64,000 nt of DNA, from contig JARDVH010000084.1 of the NCBI GenBank assembly GCA_030324005.1, forward strand, positions 54,119,144 to 54,183,143. The letters are read 5' to 3'. Shown here piece by piece: positions 13,561 through 24,905 of the stretch; position 1 is the stretch's first letter, and the number at the start of each line of letters is the position of its first letter. Under the pieces are notes generated by a model. The model ran no database searches, had not been told where the DNA came from, and saw only the letters and a list, made by a program, of their open reading frames with translations. The position numbers and the translations under genes are program-made. This DNA comes from Negaprion brevirostris (lineage: Eukaryota).

Positions 13561-14818
13561 CATCAAAGATAGTTTTAAGTTATTAAAATTTGTCCAGCTA
13601 CCTGGAAAGACTGATCTTAGTTTTAAGCATTTGATTTTTTAGCTTAATGAGAAAAGTAATGATTCTTTCTAAACAAATTGCCATGTTCTTGAAAAGCATC
13701 TGGTGACATCTGTAAGTGCAGGCTCTTATTCGATGAGCGAATGCCCTTGATAAAGGTTTAAGCATGATAAGCAGCCACATTGACAAAATATCAGAGGGAT
13801 ACCAACATCTGCGGAGTCACACTTGAGTAGGGTAGTTTGGGGTTACTGACATCAGTGGAATCACATTTTCAACCAGTCACCAAGGTCTGTTTGCACCTGT
13901 GGAGGCACACAGGAGCAAGGATCAGTGCCTTTAAGAGAAGAAAAATTAATTGGGTGTGGGTTAAGAGGGTGGAGTGGTCGCTTTTGTATCTATTGCAAGA
14001 AAGAGCACTGAATACATTTCCCATACACATGAATGTTGCTTTTCACTTGTCCATATTTACTTGTAATGCCTCTCATTTGAAGGACGTAATATCAAAAATC
14101 TAAATGTCAGTTTCCGGAGTGAAGTGTTTTCCAACATTTTGATTCTTAAAAGGTTGGGAAATCCATAACTCGCTCCACACTTCAAAGTGTCCTTGAGTCA
14201 GATAGTGACAATGAGGTTGAACAACTGCATTTGTGAATATGTCATTATCCTTGAAATGAGTCAAGCATCAGGAAGAATAGAAAAGTATATCCACCACCCC
14301 CTCAACCCAACAGCATTCAAATTGACAAACTGAGCAGACTATATACTACCAATGTTTAGTTACAGAATATATATTTGGGTCATGTGATATCAATTTGAGA
14401 AGGCAGTAAACAAGATTGATCTTGACCCATTTAAGACAAAATAAATTTGTTATGTTTAATACTCTTATCATGCTTGCAATGGGAATGGTACGCAGATGCA
14501 TATATTTTAGAATTGATGATGCTGCATATAATATGGGAATGTATGAATCAGGAATATTTCAATTACATATATGCTCCATGTGTGACATATATTGGAATCT
14601 ATAAGCTATTTCCATCGAGTCTGAGCCCAGAGAGCCTGGAGTTCAATATGTGAATTTTCCATTTATTCATGGATTTGTATGTTTTTGTAGATTTGAGTTG
14701 GAAAACAGAAAATATACTACATGTACCCCAAATCAGGTGCAGATTGGATAGATAGTATTTAACTGTCTCATACAACCTATTTTACTTGATTATTTAATAA
14801 GCTCCTCTTCTTGTACAG

Positions 14819-14924
14819 AAACATGCACGGAAAGCCCTAGACTTCCTGTGGGAAAAGAGACAGCGCAACAGCAACTTGGTGGGAACAACCATCAATATCC
14901 ACACTGGAGACTGGGTTCGCAGGG
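14819..14924 (+). CDS. EDEM3: EDEM3 exon 8
   Basis: cttgtacAG / GTgaga; 106 nt; [35 protein letters not shown] plus 1 nt (ends in phase 1). Confidence 0.97.
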
Positions 14925-15074
14925 GTGAGATGGATTCCTTTACTTCTGCTGGCTGATCCTCCGTCTGTTCAAACTCAACTGTGCACAGCTGTGGAGATAC
15001 AATACTGTGTTAGATTTATCACTGTGGTTAATTGTATTGTGCTTTTGAGAGTCATTGTTCAAGATTCTCAATGT

Positions 15075-15990
15075 TTAAGTGCAAGTTCTGTCGGCAATTA
15101 GGAAGGCAGTTGAATTGTTAGCATTCATGTCAAGAGGGTTAGAAAGAAGAGCAGGGATGTACTTCTGAGGCTGTATAAGGCTCTGATCAGACCCCATTTG
15201 GAGTATTGTGAGCAGTTTTGGGCCCCATGTGTAAGGAACGATGTGCTGGTCTTGGAAAGAGTCCAATGGAAGTTCACAAGAATGACTCCCAGAATGAGGA
15301 GCTTGTCATATGAGGAACAGTTAAGGACGCTGGGTATGTATTCGTTGGAGTTTAGAAGGACGAGAGAGACTTTTACTGAAACTTACAGGATACTGCGAGG
15401 CCTGGATAGAGTGGACATGGAGAGGATGTTTCAACTAGTAGGAAAAGGTAGAACCAGAGGACACAACCTCAGGCTAAAAGGACAAACCTTTACAACAGAT
15501 ATGGGGAGGAATTTCTTCAGCCAGAGCGTGGTGAATTTGTGGAACTCTTTGCTGCTGAAGGCTGTGGAGGCCGGGTCATTGAGTGTCTTTAAGACAGAGA
15601 AAGATATGTTCTTGATTAATAAGAGAATCAGAGGTTATGCAGAAAAGGTAGACTGGGAATGAGAAAAACATCAGTCATGATTGAATAGCAGGGCAGACTC
15701 AATGGGCCATGTAGCCTAATTCTTCTCCTATGTCTTATGGACTATGAGGAGAAATCTTTTCTCTCAGAGGATTAAGTGTCTCTGGAGCTCTCTCCCTCAA
15801 AAGGCAGTAGAAGCAGAATCTTTGAATATGTTTAAGGCAGAGCTAGATATATTCTTGATTAACAAGGGGGTGGGTGAAAGGTTAAAGATAGCCTGGATTG
15901 TGAAGTTGAAGTTACAAACAGATCAGCCATGATTTTATTGAATGGTGGAGCAGGATTGAGGGGCAGAGTGGCCTGCTCCCAATTCATATT
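15075..15990 (+). mobile_element. Two tandem CR1 LINE 3' fragments (15075-15740 and 15741-15990)
   Basis: LEYCEQFWAP, LERVQ, TRGHNLRL, RNFFSQSVVNLWNSL, followed by a second RRNLFSQR..LWSSLPQ unit with its own tail. Confidence 0.9.
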
Positions 15991-17115
15991 TTTGTATATT
16001 TGGACTTTGATTATGGACCCCGAAAGCAATATAAATGTTCTCTATGACCATTATACTATGTAGCCCATTCTTCAAATAGTGGGCTCTCTTTTTCAGTTTT
16101 TTAAAAATTTATACAATAGGCTGAGCTAATCCTAATTCAAATTTGCTGTGGATTAGTAGAAATCAGAACACATAAAATCTGAGGAGTTGAGAAATACGCC
16201 ACCACTTAATCTGAAACAAAAACGGAAAACACCTTCTGTTGATGAACAGGTGGCATGAGATTAAAAAAATCAGTGCTGTTTGAACTGACTCCCCACCCAA
16301 ACTATCCAGCTATTCTCTCCTCAGCCAGGTGTCTGAACCAACTGCAAGCCCAGGTAAAATCACTTTGTTCAGCACAGGAATCGGGATTCGTCTCATCCAG
16401 TGTGGTTTAAGTAGAGTGGACAGCAGTCACATGAAGCATGTGGGTAGTATTACTTACAATTGGTACAAAAACTGTTGAAACAGCATTCAACAGCAATGTA
16501 TTTTGATTCAGTAAATCCAGTTAATATACTACTGTGGCAATTGGAATGTCACATTACAATGTGATGTGAAATTTATCTCAATATATCATCACAGCTACAA
16601 CTTACCCTCTCCTGGAAAGTCAGCAATGCCTACCTGCAACATTTGAGCAGTCATTATCACTTTGATGATCCAGCCACCATGTTCATTTAGCCAACTCTTT
16701 CAACTGTGCTGGATAGTGTCAATGTTGCATATTTTTAGGTAAGTGATTTAGTGATTGTGGAGAGGGGACAAAACTAAAATTTTAAATGTTTGCTCCTATT
16801 AAATCCAACAAAGCACTTGTCAACATAAGAAATGGTGCAATATCTACCCATAACATTAAGAACACAATATGGAAACACTTATACTCTGCTATACATAGCA
16901 TGCCTGCAATGCAACATGACATCATGGTCTCGATGAGCAAGGAAGAATCAACTATAGCCAACCAATCTTCAAAGAATAATAATAAAACCTTGGAACAAAA
17001 AGGTAAAATCTGTGAAATAATTAAATGAACTATTCTGAATTTGGAGGAAACCTATTCCTGCTCCTAATTCATATGAAATAAAACCTTAGTTACAATAGGG
17101 AAGATACAATAACTC

Positions 17116-17370
17116 AGCAGTGGTTGTACTGCTGCCTCACAGCTTGGGTCACTGTCTGTGCAGAATCTGTACATTCTCCCTGTATCTGCGTGGGTGCTCC
17201 AGTTTTCTCCCACAGTCCGAAAGACTTTCTGGTCAGGTGCATTGGCCGTGCTAAATTATCCCTCAGTGTACCCAAACAGACGCGTGTATCTGTGACGACT
17301 AGGGGATTTTCACAGTAACTTCATTGCAGTGTTAACATAAGCCTACTTGCGACACCAATAAATAAACTTT
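17116..17370 (+). mobile_element. tRNA-derived V-SINE/HE1-like SINE (internally deleted), tail type A
   Basis: cagtggtt..actgctgcctcacagc head, V-like core, tail gactaggggattttcacagtaacttcattgcagtgtt. Confidence 0.8.
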
Positions 17371-17499
17371 AAAAATGCCTTCAACTGAACGAAGGATGGT
17401 GAGGCTGCAGTTGAAACTGGACGATTCTGAGCACACCCTAATCAGCTAATACTGAAAGCTGTTCAGTGAGCGAACTTGCCCTATTATTTGGGTTGAGGG

Positions 17500-18370
17500 A
17501 GATAAATTATTCCAACACCAACTTATATTTACATAGGACATTTATTATTTTAAAAGTACTGAGACACTTCCCAAGGCCTTATGACACCAAACCACCTCAG
17601 GAGATATTTGATTAAGTTTTTGTCATTTAATCTAAGAGCTGGATTTTAAGGAGTGTGTGAACAGAGGAAAGTGAGGTAGAGAGGTGTAAAGAGTGAATTC
17701 CCGAGGTTAGGGTCTAAGCTACTGAAGGCACTGGTACCTTTGGGATAATGAAAATTGGAAAAACATGTGAGGCAAGAATATAAGTACAGATATCTTGGAT
17801 AGTTATAGGACTAGAGGAGGTTATAGAGGGATAAAAGCATGGAAGAATTCAGAAACAAGGATGAGTATTTTAAAATCAAAATGTTGCCTGACCGGAGCCA
17901 ATACAGATTAACAAGTATGGTGACGACAAGTGAATGGGACTTTGGGTAAGGACACAAGCAGCAGAGTTTTGGATGAGCTTCAGTTTACAGAAGGTAGAAT
18001 ATAGCAGGCAGCAAGGTGTATATTGGAATATTCATGGAAAAGATTTCAGGAGCAGATCAACTTTAACAGGAATGAAGTAAGGTATGTTAATCAATTAGGC
18101 AATCTTGGTGGAAGGAAGCCCATGTTAGAGTCAAAAGTGACACTATGGCTTCAAACAGTCTGGTTTAGTTTTGGACAGGTACCAACAAGTGGGAGTAGAA
18201 TCAGTAGTGAGAGAATGGAGCCTAGAGAGGGGAACAATGAATGGTTCACTCTTACCAATATTAATGGAAGGAAATTTCTGCTTATCAAATTTTGGATGTT
18301 GAATTAGCAGTCTAATAATTTAGCAACATTGAATAATTGGTGGTGAGGTAGAACTGAGTGTCATCAGCAA
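17500..18370 (-). mobile_element. Degraded L2-like LINE fragment
   Basis: gtagaactgagtgtcatcagca (ADDTQFY on the minus strand) near 18350-18370; purine-rich L2-like body. Confidence 0.55.
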
Positions 18371-19524
18371 TATTTCCATGTTAGTTCATATAATCTCAAT
18401 AATTATTGTAGTCAGTTTTTAAAATAAAAGATGGCACTAACCTGAAATAACAAGAAAAATAAGCTAAGGTTAACATTACAGGGATCTTAGATCAATATTT
18501 GTGCTCCCACTACAAAATGACATGTACAGGAAAAGCTAAATAAGTTCAGTTTTTGGCCTTGTATTTCCACTAATGAATGTAATAATTTTTCACTCCACAT
18601 CTCAAGAAAACCAAATGACTTTATAAAGGCAGAGAGAGACAGATTGGGGAAGAAATTCATGGCACATGGCAAACATCCCACAATGATGCACATAAGTAGG
18701 TAAATCAGCAAAGACAAATTGCATGATCTTTTATTCCCAATTTTTTTAAAAAACAAAGTATTTGGAAAAATGGCAATCACTACAACTTTCTGCAGGTGGG
18801 CTGAAGGTTGTTTTGTACATATACATTTTAATATCCATTCAAGTGCTTGCACATCAAACACTCATCTTTCGTATAAATTGCTTCTTTATAAAACAGAATG
18901 TATTTATGAGTTATTACAAAAATAAGCACTGGTTTACTAATATTTTCTGCATAGAACTTCTTTACATTTGAAAGAACACAAATTAAAATAGATTAAGTTT
19001 GTTTTCTGTTCAGTGGATACTAAATGGGGAACAGAATATTTATTCCTTGAGCAAAGAACCAAGTAATCCAGTTATATTACTATATTAACGGAAGACCGTA
19101 AGACAGAAAGAGAAATGGAGATGGAAAACAAAGGAACTCGGGGTTTATATATTGCTTTTCCACATTCTGATGATGTTCTAAAGCACTTTTGAACTAATGA
19201 ATTATACCTGAAGATACTGTTACTCAAGCAACGTTGCGGCCCATATAAGCTGTTCTGGATAGATAAATGCCTTTTGCAATTGGCATGGCCCAGTTAGCAC
19301 TTCTGAAAAGAAAATCCCCATTGTTCCTTTCTGTAATAACAAATAAAATGAATTTTGGCAACCTTATAAAAGGACAACTGCCCATAATCCAAACTGATGC
19401 AAAATTAAGTGGGCAACCTCACTTTGAAAGGAGACACAGGTGGGGTAAGAAACGGAAGCAACATAACTGTCCAGCATTGCATTCTTTTTGAAGTTTAGGG
19501 ATTAAAACACTGTTTGTTTAGGGT

Positions 19525-20489
19525 TTTATTCTACAGCTAACGGAGCCAACAGAGCACCTAACTTGGGAAACTGTTTCCATTTTGACTACTAATGCCTCTT
19601 AACTGTAACAAACACTTAAACAATTCATCAGAAGAATTGTCAGTACGGTACCAAATTTTGGACCATTTACTGCTGCTGCTTAATGCCTAGTAGAGACTGA
19701 GAAGAAGCTGCCTATACTCTTCACAGACAATCCATACAGTTAATGGACAGCAGAAATTTTTGTTTTATTGAGCTGGACTGGATTCAATCCCAAGTACCAG
19801 GGGTGAAAGGATGTTTTCATCCTCTTCACTAGCACAGCTTAACTGAAATTAAGAATTCCAGTGTTGCTAAGTACGGCCACAAACTTGCATACTTCCATGC
19901 ATGTTAAGTGAAGAAATCATGGTTTGCTTGGTTTACATTATCACTGCTGCCAGAAACAAATATACCTTGCTATAAAGAGGCACTCAGACAATTTACTCAC
20001 GTTTCCTCCTCTATTCATACACGTTGAGGTTCCCGAGGTGTGTTTCCACCCCTTTGTTTATAGAAATTCGAGCACTAAAACATGGAATTGCACAAATGCA
20101 GGATCAAATTAATCACATATTATGATTACCAGTCTTTATGCTCCAAGCTCAATAAGTTTTAAGAAGCAGAATATTTGATAACAGCACATTAACTTGCAAC
20201 AAAACTAACATATTCCAAAATTACTCAAAACTACTCTAACATATGATACAAACTAGAAGAATTCTTTGCAGGTGATAAATCTCAACAAGTTGTATGTCTA
20301 GATACATCAACAGCAATGAATTCAGATTTTCTAGGCAGGTTACTTTCTATACATTTCATAAAAACAAAGTGGTTCATAAAAAATAGGTCAACATTTTAAC
20401 TATTCCAAAATGCTCTAAACTCTTCTTCAAGTCTACAGTAATATACAAAATATACTCCTCCCACAAAAACTGCTCCTCACGAACACTGT
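19525..20489 (-). other. CENPC: Candidate CENP-C 3'UTR with poly(A) signals
   Basis: T-rich on the minus strand downstream of the TGA; minus-strand AATAAA at 19764-19769 and 19525-19530. Confidence 0.4.
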
Positions 20490-20572
20490 TCAATCCATCT
20501 TGCTTCCTTTCAACTGTGTGAAAAACAGTACAGCCTCAGTATCCCGAAGATTTGTAACATTGTACGTGTTAC
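20490..20572 (-). CDS. CENPC: CENP-C terminal coding exon (end of cupin domain)
   Basis: minus strand tttctttgttacAG acceptor, phase-compatible with the 91-nt exon; (G)NTYNVTNLRDTEAVLFFTQLKGSKMD* versus human GNYYNIKNLRNEESVLLFTQIKR* (recalled). Confidence 0.88.
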
Positions 20573-21058
20573 CTGTAACAAAGAAATGACTATTTACACA
20601 ATAGTCTAATTTATTACATTTTAAAGATTTTGAAAATTATAAAATACCCTGAATCTTCAGCCATCTATGACTGAAGATGAAATTCTTCATCTTTTAATTA
20701 CTGGAACAATTTAATCACATTAGTAAGCAGCCTTGGAAATATTGTGCACTGATGTGGTATATGCTAGCAAACTGTGCTGAAATGCTCAATTAACTTGGCC
20801 ATTGATAGAACTTCTGACAAATCTCACTTGCAATTACTATCCCATAAAATCAATTTTGTACTTTAGTGTCTCGCCTGCTGTTTCAATTCCTTGGTGAAAT
20901 ATGCAACCCCTTCACTGTGCAGGCTGCGTAGTGAGTATGACTTGTCAATCTGTGTACATTTTCATTGCCTAGCATGTAATAGTGGATGATTCCAAAATTA
21001 AACAATGCAGTTGATTGTAAGATATAAATTTACCAGTAAATAAAAAGAGATCATTTAC

Positions 21059-21149
21059 CTGAAGGCACAAAGAAGTAATCCCCTTCTTTGAGATGGTACG
21101 TAGTACGATATATTGTAATTCCTAGTTCTCCTTTTAGGATGTGAAATAC
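21059..21149 (-). CDS. CENPC: CENP-C penultimate coding exon (cupin dimerisation domain), antisense within EDEM3 intron 8
   Basis: minus strand tgtattacAG / GTaaat; 91 nt; VFHILKGELGITIYRTTYHLKEGDYFFVPS(G) aligns without gaps to human CENP-C VFYVNFGDLLCTLHETPYILSTGDSFYVPSG (recalled). Confidence 0.88.
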
Positions 21150-21469
21150 CTGTAATACAATTAATGTGCATCAATTCTTCTAATTTTTTAAATTCATTCA
21201 TAGGACATGGGTGTCACTGGCTGGTCAACATTTATTTCTCATCCCTAATGCCTGAGGGCAATTGAGAGTTAACCACATTGCTGTGGCTCTGCAGTCACAT
21301 GTAGTTTACATGTAGGCACCAAGTTTATGGGTTTTACATGCTATCTGAACCAAGCATGATGGTATCATTACAAGTAATTTCATCGGCTGTTATCGGTTTC
21401 CAGTTACATCACTGGCTGGATGCCAGAGAAACTTCTTGAAGTTGAAACAATTTGTGGATAAAAGAGATC

Positions 21470-21687
21470 ATAGAATCACAGAAACCCTACAGAAAGAGGC
21501 AATTCGGCCCACTGAGTCTGCACCAACCACAATCCTACTCAGGCCTTATCCCCATATCCTTACATATTTTACCCACTAATCCCTCTAACCTAAGCATCTC
21601 AGGACACCAAGGGCAATTTTTAGCATGGCCAATCAACCTAACCCACACATCTTTGGACTGTGGGAGGAAACCGGAGCACCCAGAGGA
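21470..21687 (-). mobile_element. HE1-like SINE, tail type B, running into an N gap
   Basis: catagaatc.. tail, cacatctttggactgtgggaggaaaccggagcacc core. Confidence 0.85.
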
Positions 21688-21787
21688 NNNNNNNNNNNNN
21701 NNNNNNNNNNNNNNNNNNNNNNNNNNNNNNNNNNNNNNNNNNNNNNNNNNNNNNNNNNNNNNNNNNNNNNNNNNNNNNNNNNNNNNN

Positions 21788-22215
21788 ATGAAGAGCTTGT
21801 TATATGAGCAATGGCTGAGGACTCTGGGTCTGTACCCATTGGACTTTAGGAAGATGAGGGGGGATCTTATTGAAACTTACAGGGTACGGTGAGGCCTGGA
21901 TAGAGTGGACGTGGAGAGGATGTTTCCACTTGTAGGAAAAATTAGAACCAGAGGGCACAACTTCAGGCTAAAGGCACAGAGATGAGGAGGAATTTCTTCA
22001 GCCAGAGACTGGTGAACGTATGGAACTCATTGCTGCAGAACGCTGTGGAGGCCAGGTCATTGAGTATCTTTAAGACACAGATAGATAGGTTCTTGATTAA
22101 TAAGGGGGTCAGGGGTTATGGGGAAAAGGCAGGAGAATGGGGATGAAAAAATATCAGCCATGACTGAATGGCAGAGCAGACTTGAAATGGCCTAATTCTG
22201 CTCCTATGTTTTATG
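21788..22215 (+). mobile_element. CR1 LINE 3' fragment, same subfamily as 15294-15740
   Basis: shares gaggcctggatagagtggac.tggagaggatgttt and tagaaccagagg.cacaac.tcaggctaaa with the 15.3-kb copy. Confidence 0.9.
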
Positions 22216-22784
22216 GTCTTTTCCATTGTATTTTTATTGTGTTAATCTTGGCCCGATAGATATAGCAATTTTTTAAGCTTTGAAATAGCTCATCATATCT
22301 TCTGAATAACATGAGCAAAAGATATTTTTTCCAATTTTCACTGAATATTTTGTAGTGCAGCTCATGATAGACAAATAACAATTTTAAATTCAGAGTACTA
22401 ATGAATGAATGCATTGCATTTGAAGCGTATATTTACTTTGGCTGTGTAACCGAACAGGGCAGAGGGCAAGGGTGACATCATAGCATTGGTGCAGGAGAGG
22501 ATACAGTGTAATTTATGTAGGAGGAAGAACTGTCACAGTAATGAAGTCAGAGGGGAAGACACCATAATGTTGATTTGGGAGGAGGAGACAACATGCCTTT
22601 AGCCATTGCAGCATTTTTAGAATAGGAGGCATCACTTCTTGGTGGAAGAAGAACAGATGTATTACAGGTGTAAGAGGAGGAACAGTCTTAGTACTGATAC
22701 AGGAAGCCAAGATATAACATTCATATAGAAGATATTGTCATTGCACTAGTGTAATGTGTATAAATTCTCAATTAATGAAAACGG

Positions 22785-23620
22785 AATATAGAAACAAAGA
22801 AACATTGAAAATAGGAGCAAGAGTAGCCCATCCAGCTCTTCAAGTCTGCTCCACCATTCATTATGATTATGGCTGACTATCCAACTCAATAGCCTGTTCC
22901 CGTCTTCCTCTCACATCCTTAGATCCTTTTTGCCCCAAGAGTTATATCTAACTCCTTCTCGAAAACATACAGTATTTTGACCTCAACTACTTTCTGTGGT
23001 AGTGAGCTCCACAGGCTTACCACTCTCTTGGTGAAGAAGTTTCTCCTTGTATCAGTCCTAAATGATCTACTCATATTCTCAGAATGTGACTTCTGGTCCT
23101 GGACTCCCTCCACCATCAGGGATATCCTTCTTGTATCTACCTTATTTAATCCCTATTCGAATTTTATAGGTTTTTTAAGAGATTCCCCCCTCTGAACTCA
23201 TGTGAATATAACCCTAACCAGCTAAATCTACCCTCATATGTCAGTCCTGCCATTCCAGGAACTAGTCTGGTAAACCTTTGCTGCAATCTCCCTATAGCAA
23301 GAACATCTTTTCTCAGATAAGGAGACCAAAACTGCACATGGTTTTCCAGGTATGATCTAGCCCTGCCCTATATAATTGCAGCAAGAAGGCCAACGTACTA
23401 TTTATCTTCTCTACCACCTGCTGCATCTGCATGCTTACCAGTGACTGGTATCCACGAGCCCTCAGGTCTCCTTACACATTCCCATCTCTCAACTTGTAGC
23501 CATTAAGGTAATAATCTGCCTTCCTCTTTTTGCTAGCAAAGTGGATAACCTCTCTCTTATCCACATTGTGCTGCATCTGTCATTCATTTGCCCACTCATC
23601 CAGCTTGTCTAAATCACACT
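22785..23620 (-). mobile_element. CR1 LINE 3' fragment
   Basis: FRTDTRRNFFTKRVVSLWSSLPQ on the minus strand; tail at 22785-22870. Confidence 0.85.
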
Positions 23621-23697
23621 GTAATCAGGGTCGTATCGCATCAGTAATCAGTGTCGTACCGCATCAATAGTCAGCATCGTACCGCATCAATAATCAG
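23621..23697. repeat. 23-bp tandem repeat, about 3.3 copies
   Basis: gtaatcagggtcgtatcgcatca / gtaatcagtgtcgtaccgcatca / atagtcagcatcgtaccgcatca / ataatcag. Confidence 0.85.
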
Positions 23698-23839
23698 AAT
23701 CCAAACACAACCCATAAACTTTTACATTAATCAATGACCTATTGCATCAGTAATATGGATCCTTCCACTTTAATTTGAATCTTGAAGCATTAATAAGCAG
23801 GATCCGTGTACATTAATAATAAGGTTCCTTTTATATTCA

Positions 23840-24905
23840 TGAAGTGGCAAGTAGTGATATGGGGGTCTTTCTCAGGTTGGATTACAGTGGAGTGCCACAG
23901 GGATCAGTGCTGGGAATGCAGCTCCTCACGAGATATGTTAATGATTTGGGGAGAGGAACAGAGCGTACTGCGGCCACATTTGCAGATGGTACAAAGGTGG
24001 GAGGCAAGACAGGTTGTAAGGATGATATAAATAGTTCAGAGAGAGATATTGGCAGGTTAAGTGAGTGGGCAGAAAATTGGCAATCAAAATTCAACAAAGG
24101 AAAATGTGAGATTGTTCATTGTGGAAGAAAGAATGAGAAGGTGGATTATTATTTAAATGGAGAGAGATGGCAGAAAGTTGTAGCACAAAGCCACTTGCGA
24201 GCCCTTGTTCATGAAACCCAGGAGGTTGTTATACAGGTGCAGAAGGTGGTAATAGGGAAGGCAAATAGAATGCTGTCTTTCATTTCAAGGGAGCTGTAGT
24301 ATACAAGTGAAGAGACATTGCTGCAACTGTGCAAGGTACTAGTGAGGCCACATTTGGAATACCGTGTGTAATTTTGGCACTCTTATTTAAAGAAAGATAT
24401 TAACATTGGAGGCAGAATAGAGGAAATTTGTTAGAAAGATCCTGGGTATGGAAGGATTGCCATATGAGGAAAAATTAAATTGGTTGGGTCTGTACTCCTT
24501 GGAGTCCAGTAAAAATGGGAGGTGATATGATTGAAACATACAAGATTATCAGGGGGTCAGACAAGGTAAATGTTGGGAGAATATTTTCATTCATTGGAGA
24601 GTGTAGGACCAGAGGGCATAGTTACAGAAAAGGCGGCTGGGGGCTCATTTGGAGGAAAAATGTCTTCTCTCAAAGAATGGTGATTCTTTGGAATTCTTTA
24701 CCCCAGAAAGCTGTGAGGTTGAATCCTTGAACATTTTCAAGACTGAGATCAATAGGTTTTTACTCAGTAGAAGAATTAATGGTTAGGGAGAGAAAGCAGG
24801 GAAGTGGACTCGGTGAGCGGAAGATCAGCTGTGATCTTATTAAATGGTGGAGCAGGTTTGAAGGGCTGAATGCTGCCTCCTATTCCTATTTCTTACAATC
24901 TATGG
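23840..24905 (+). mobile_element. CR1 LINE RT/3' fragment
   Basis: SGVPQGSVLG, FADGTKVGG, WQSKFNKGKC, KANRMLSFISR, TRGHS, LWNSLPQ. Confidence 0.9.

Noticed and set aside
16606-16740. Minus-strand WLNEHGGW, resembling a Bcl-2 BH2 motif, with a GTAAGT donor
   Set aside because: There is an in-frame TGA three codons upstream, the acceptor is weak, the candidate exon has stops in all frames, and no BH1 exon is nearby.
16780-17030. Frame open on both strands; hydrophobic peptide on the minus strand
   Set aside because: No recognisable homology; explained by the local A/C versus T/G compositional bias.
18487-18861. 124-aa minus-strand ORF with a hydrophobic stretch
   Set aside because: T-rich UTR or intergenic-like sequence containing AATAAA and homopolymer runs; no family motif.
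23621-23697. Possible CRISPR-like array or CENP-B box repeat
   Set aside because: The units are contiguous with no unique spacers, the context is eukaryotic, and there is no match to the CENP-B box consensus.
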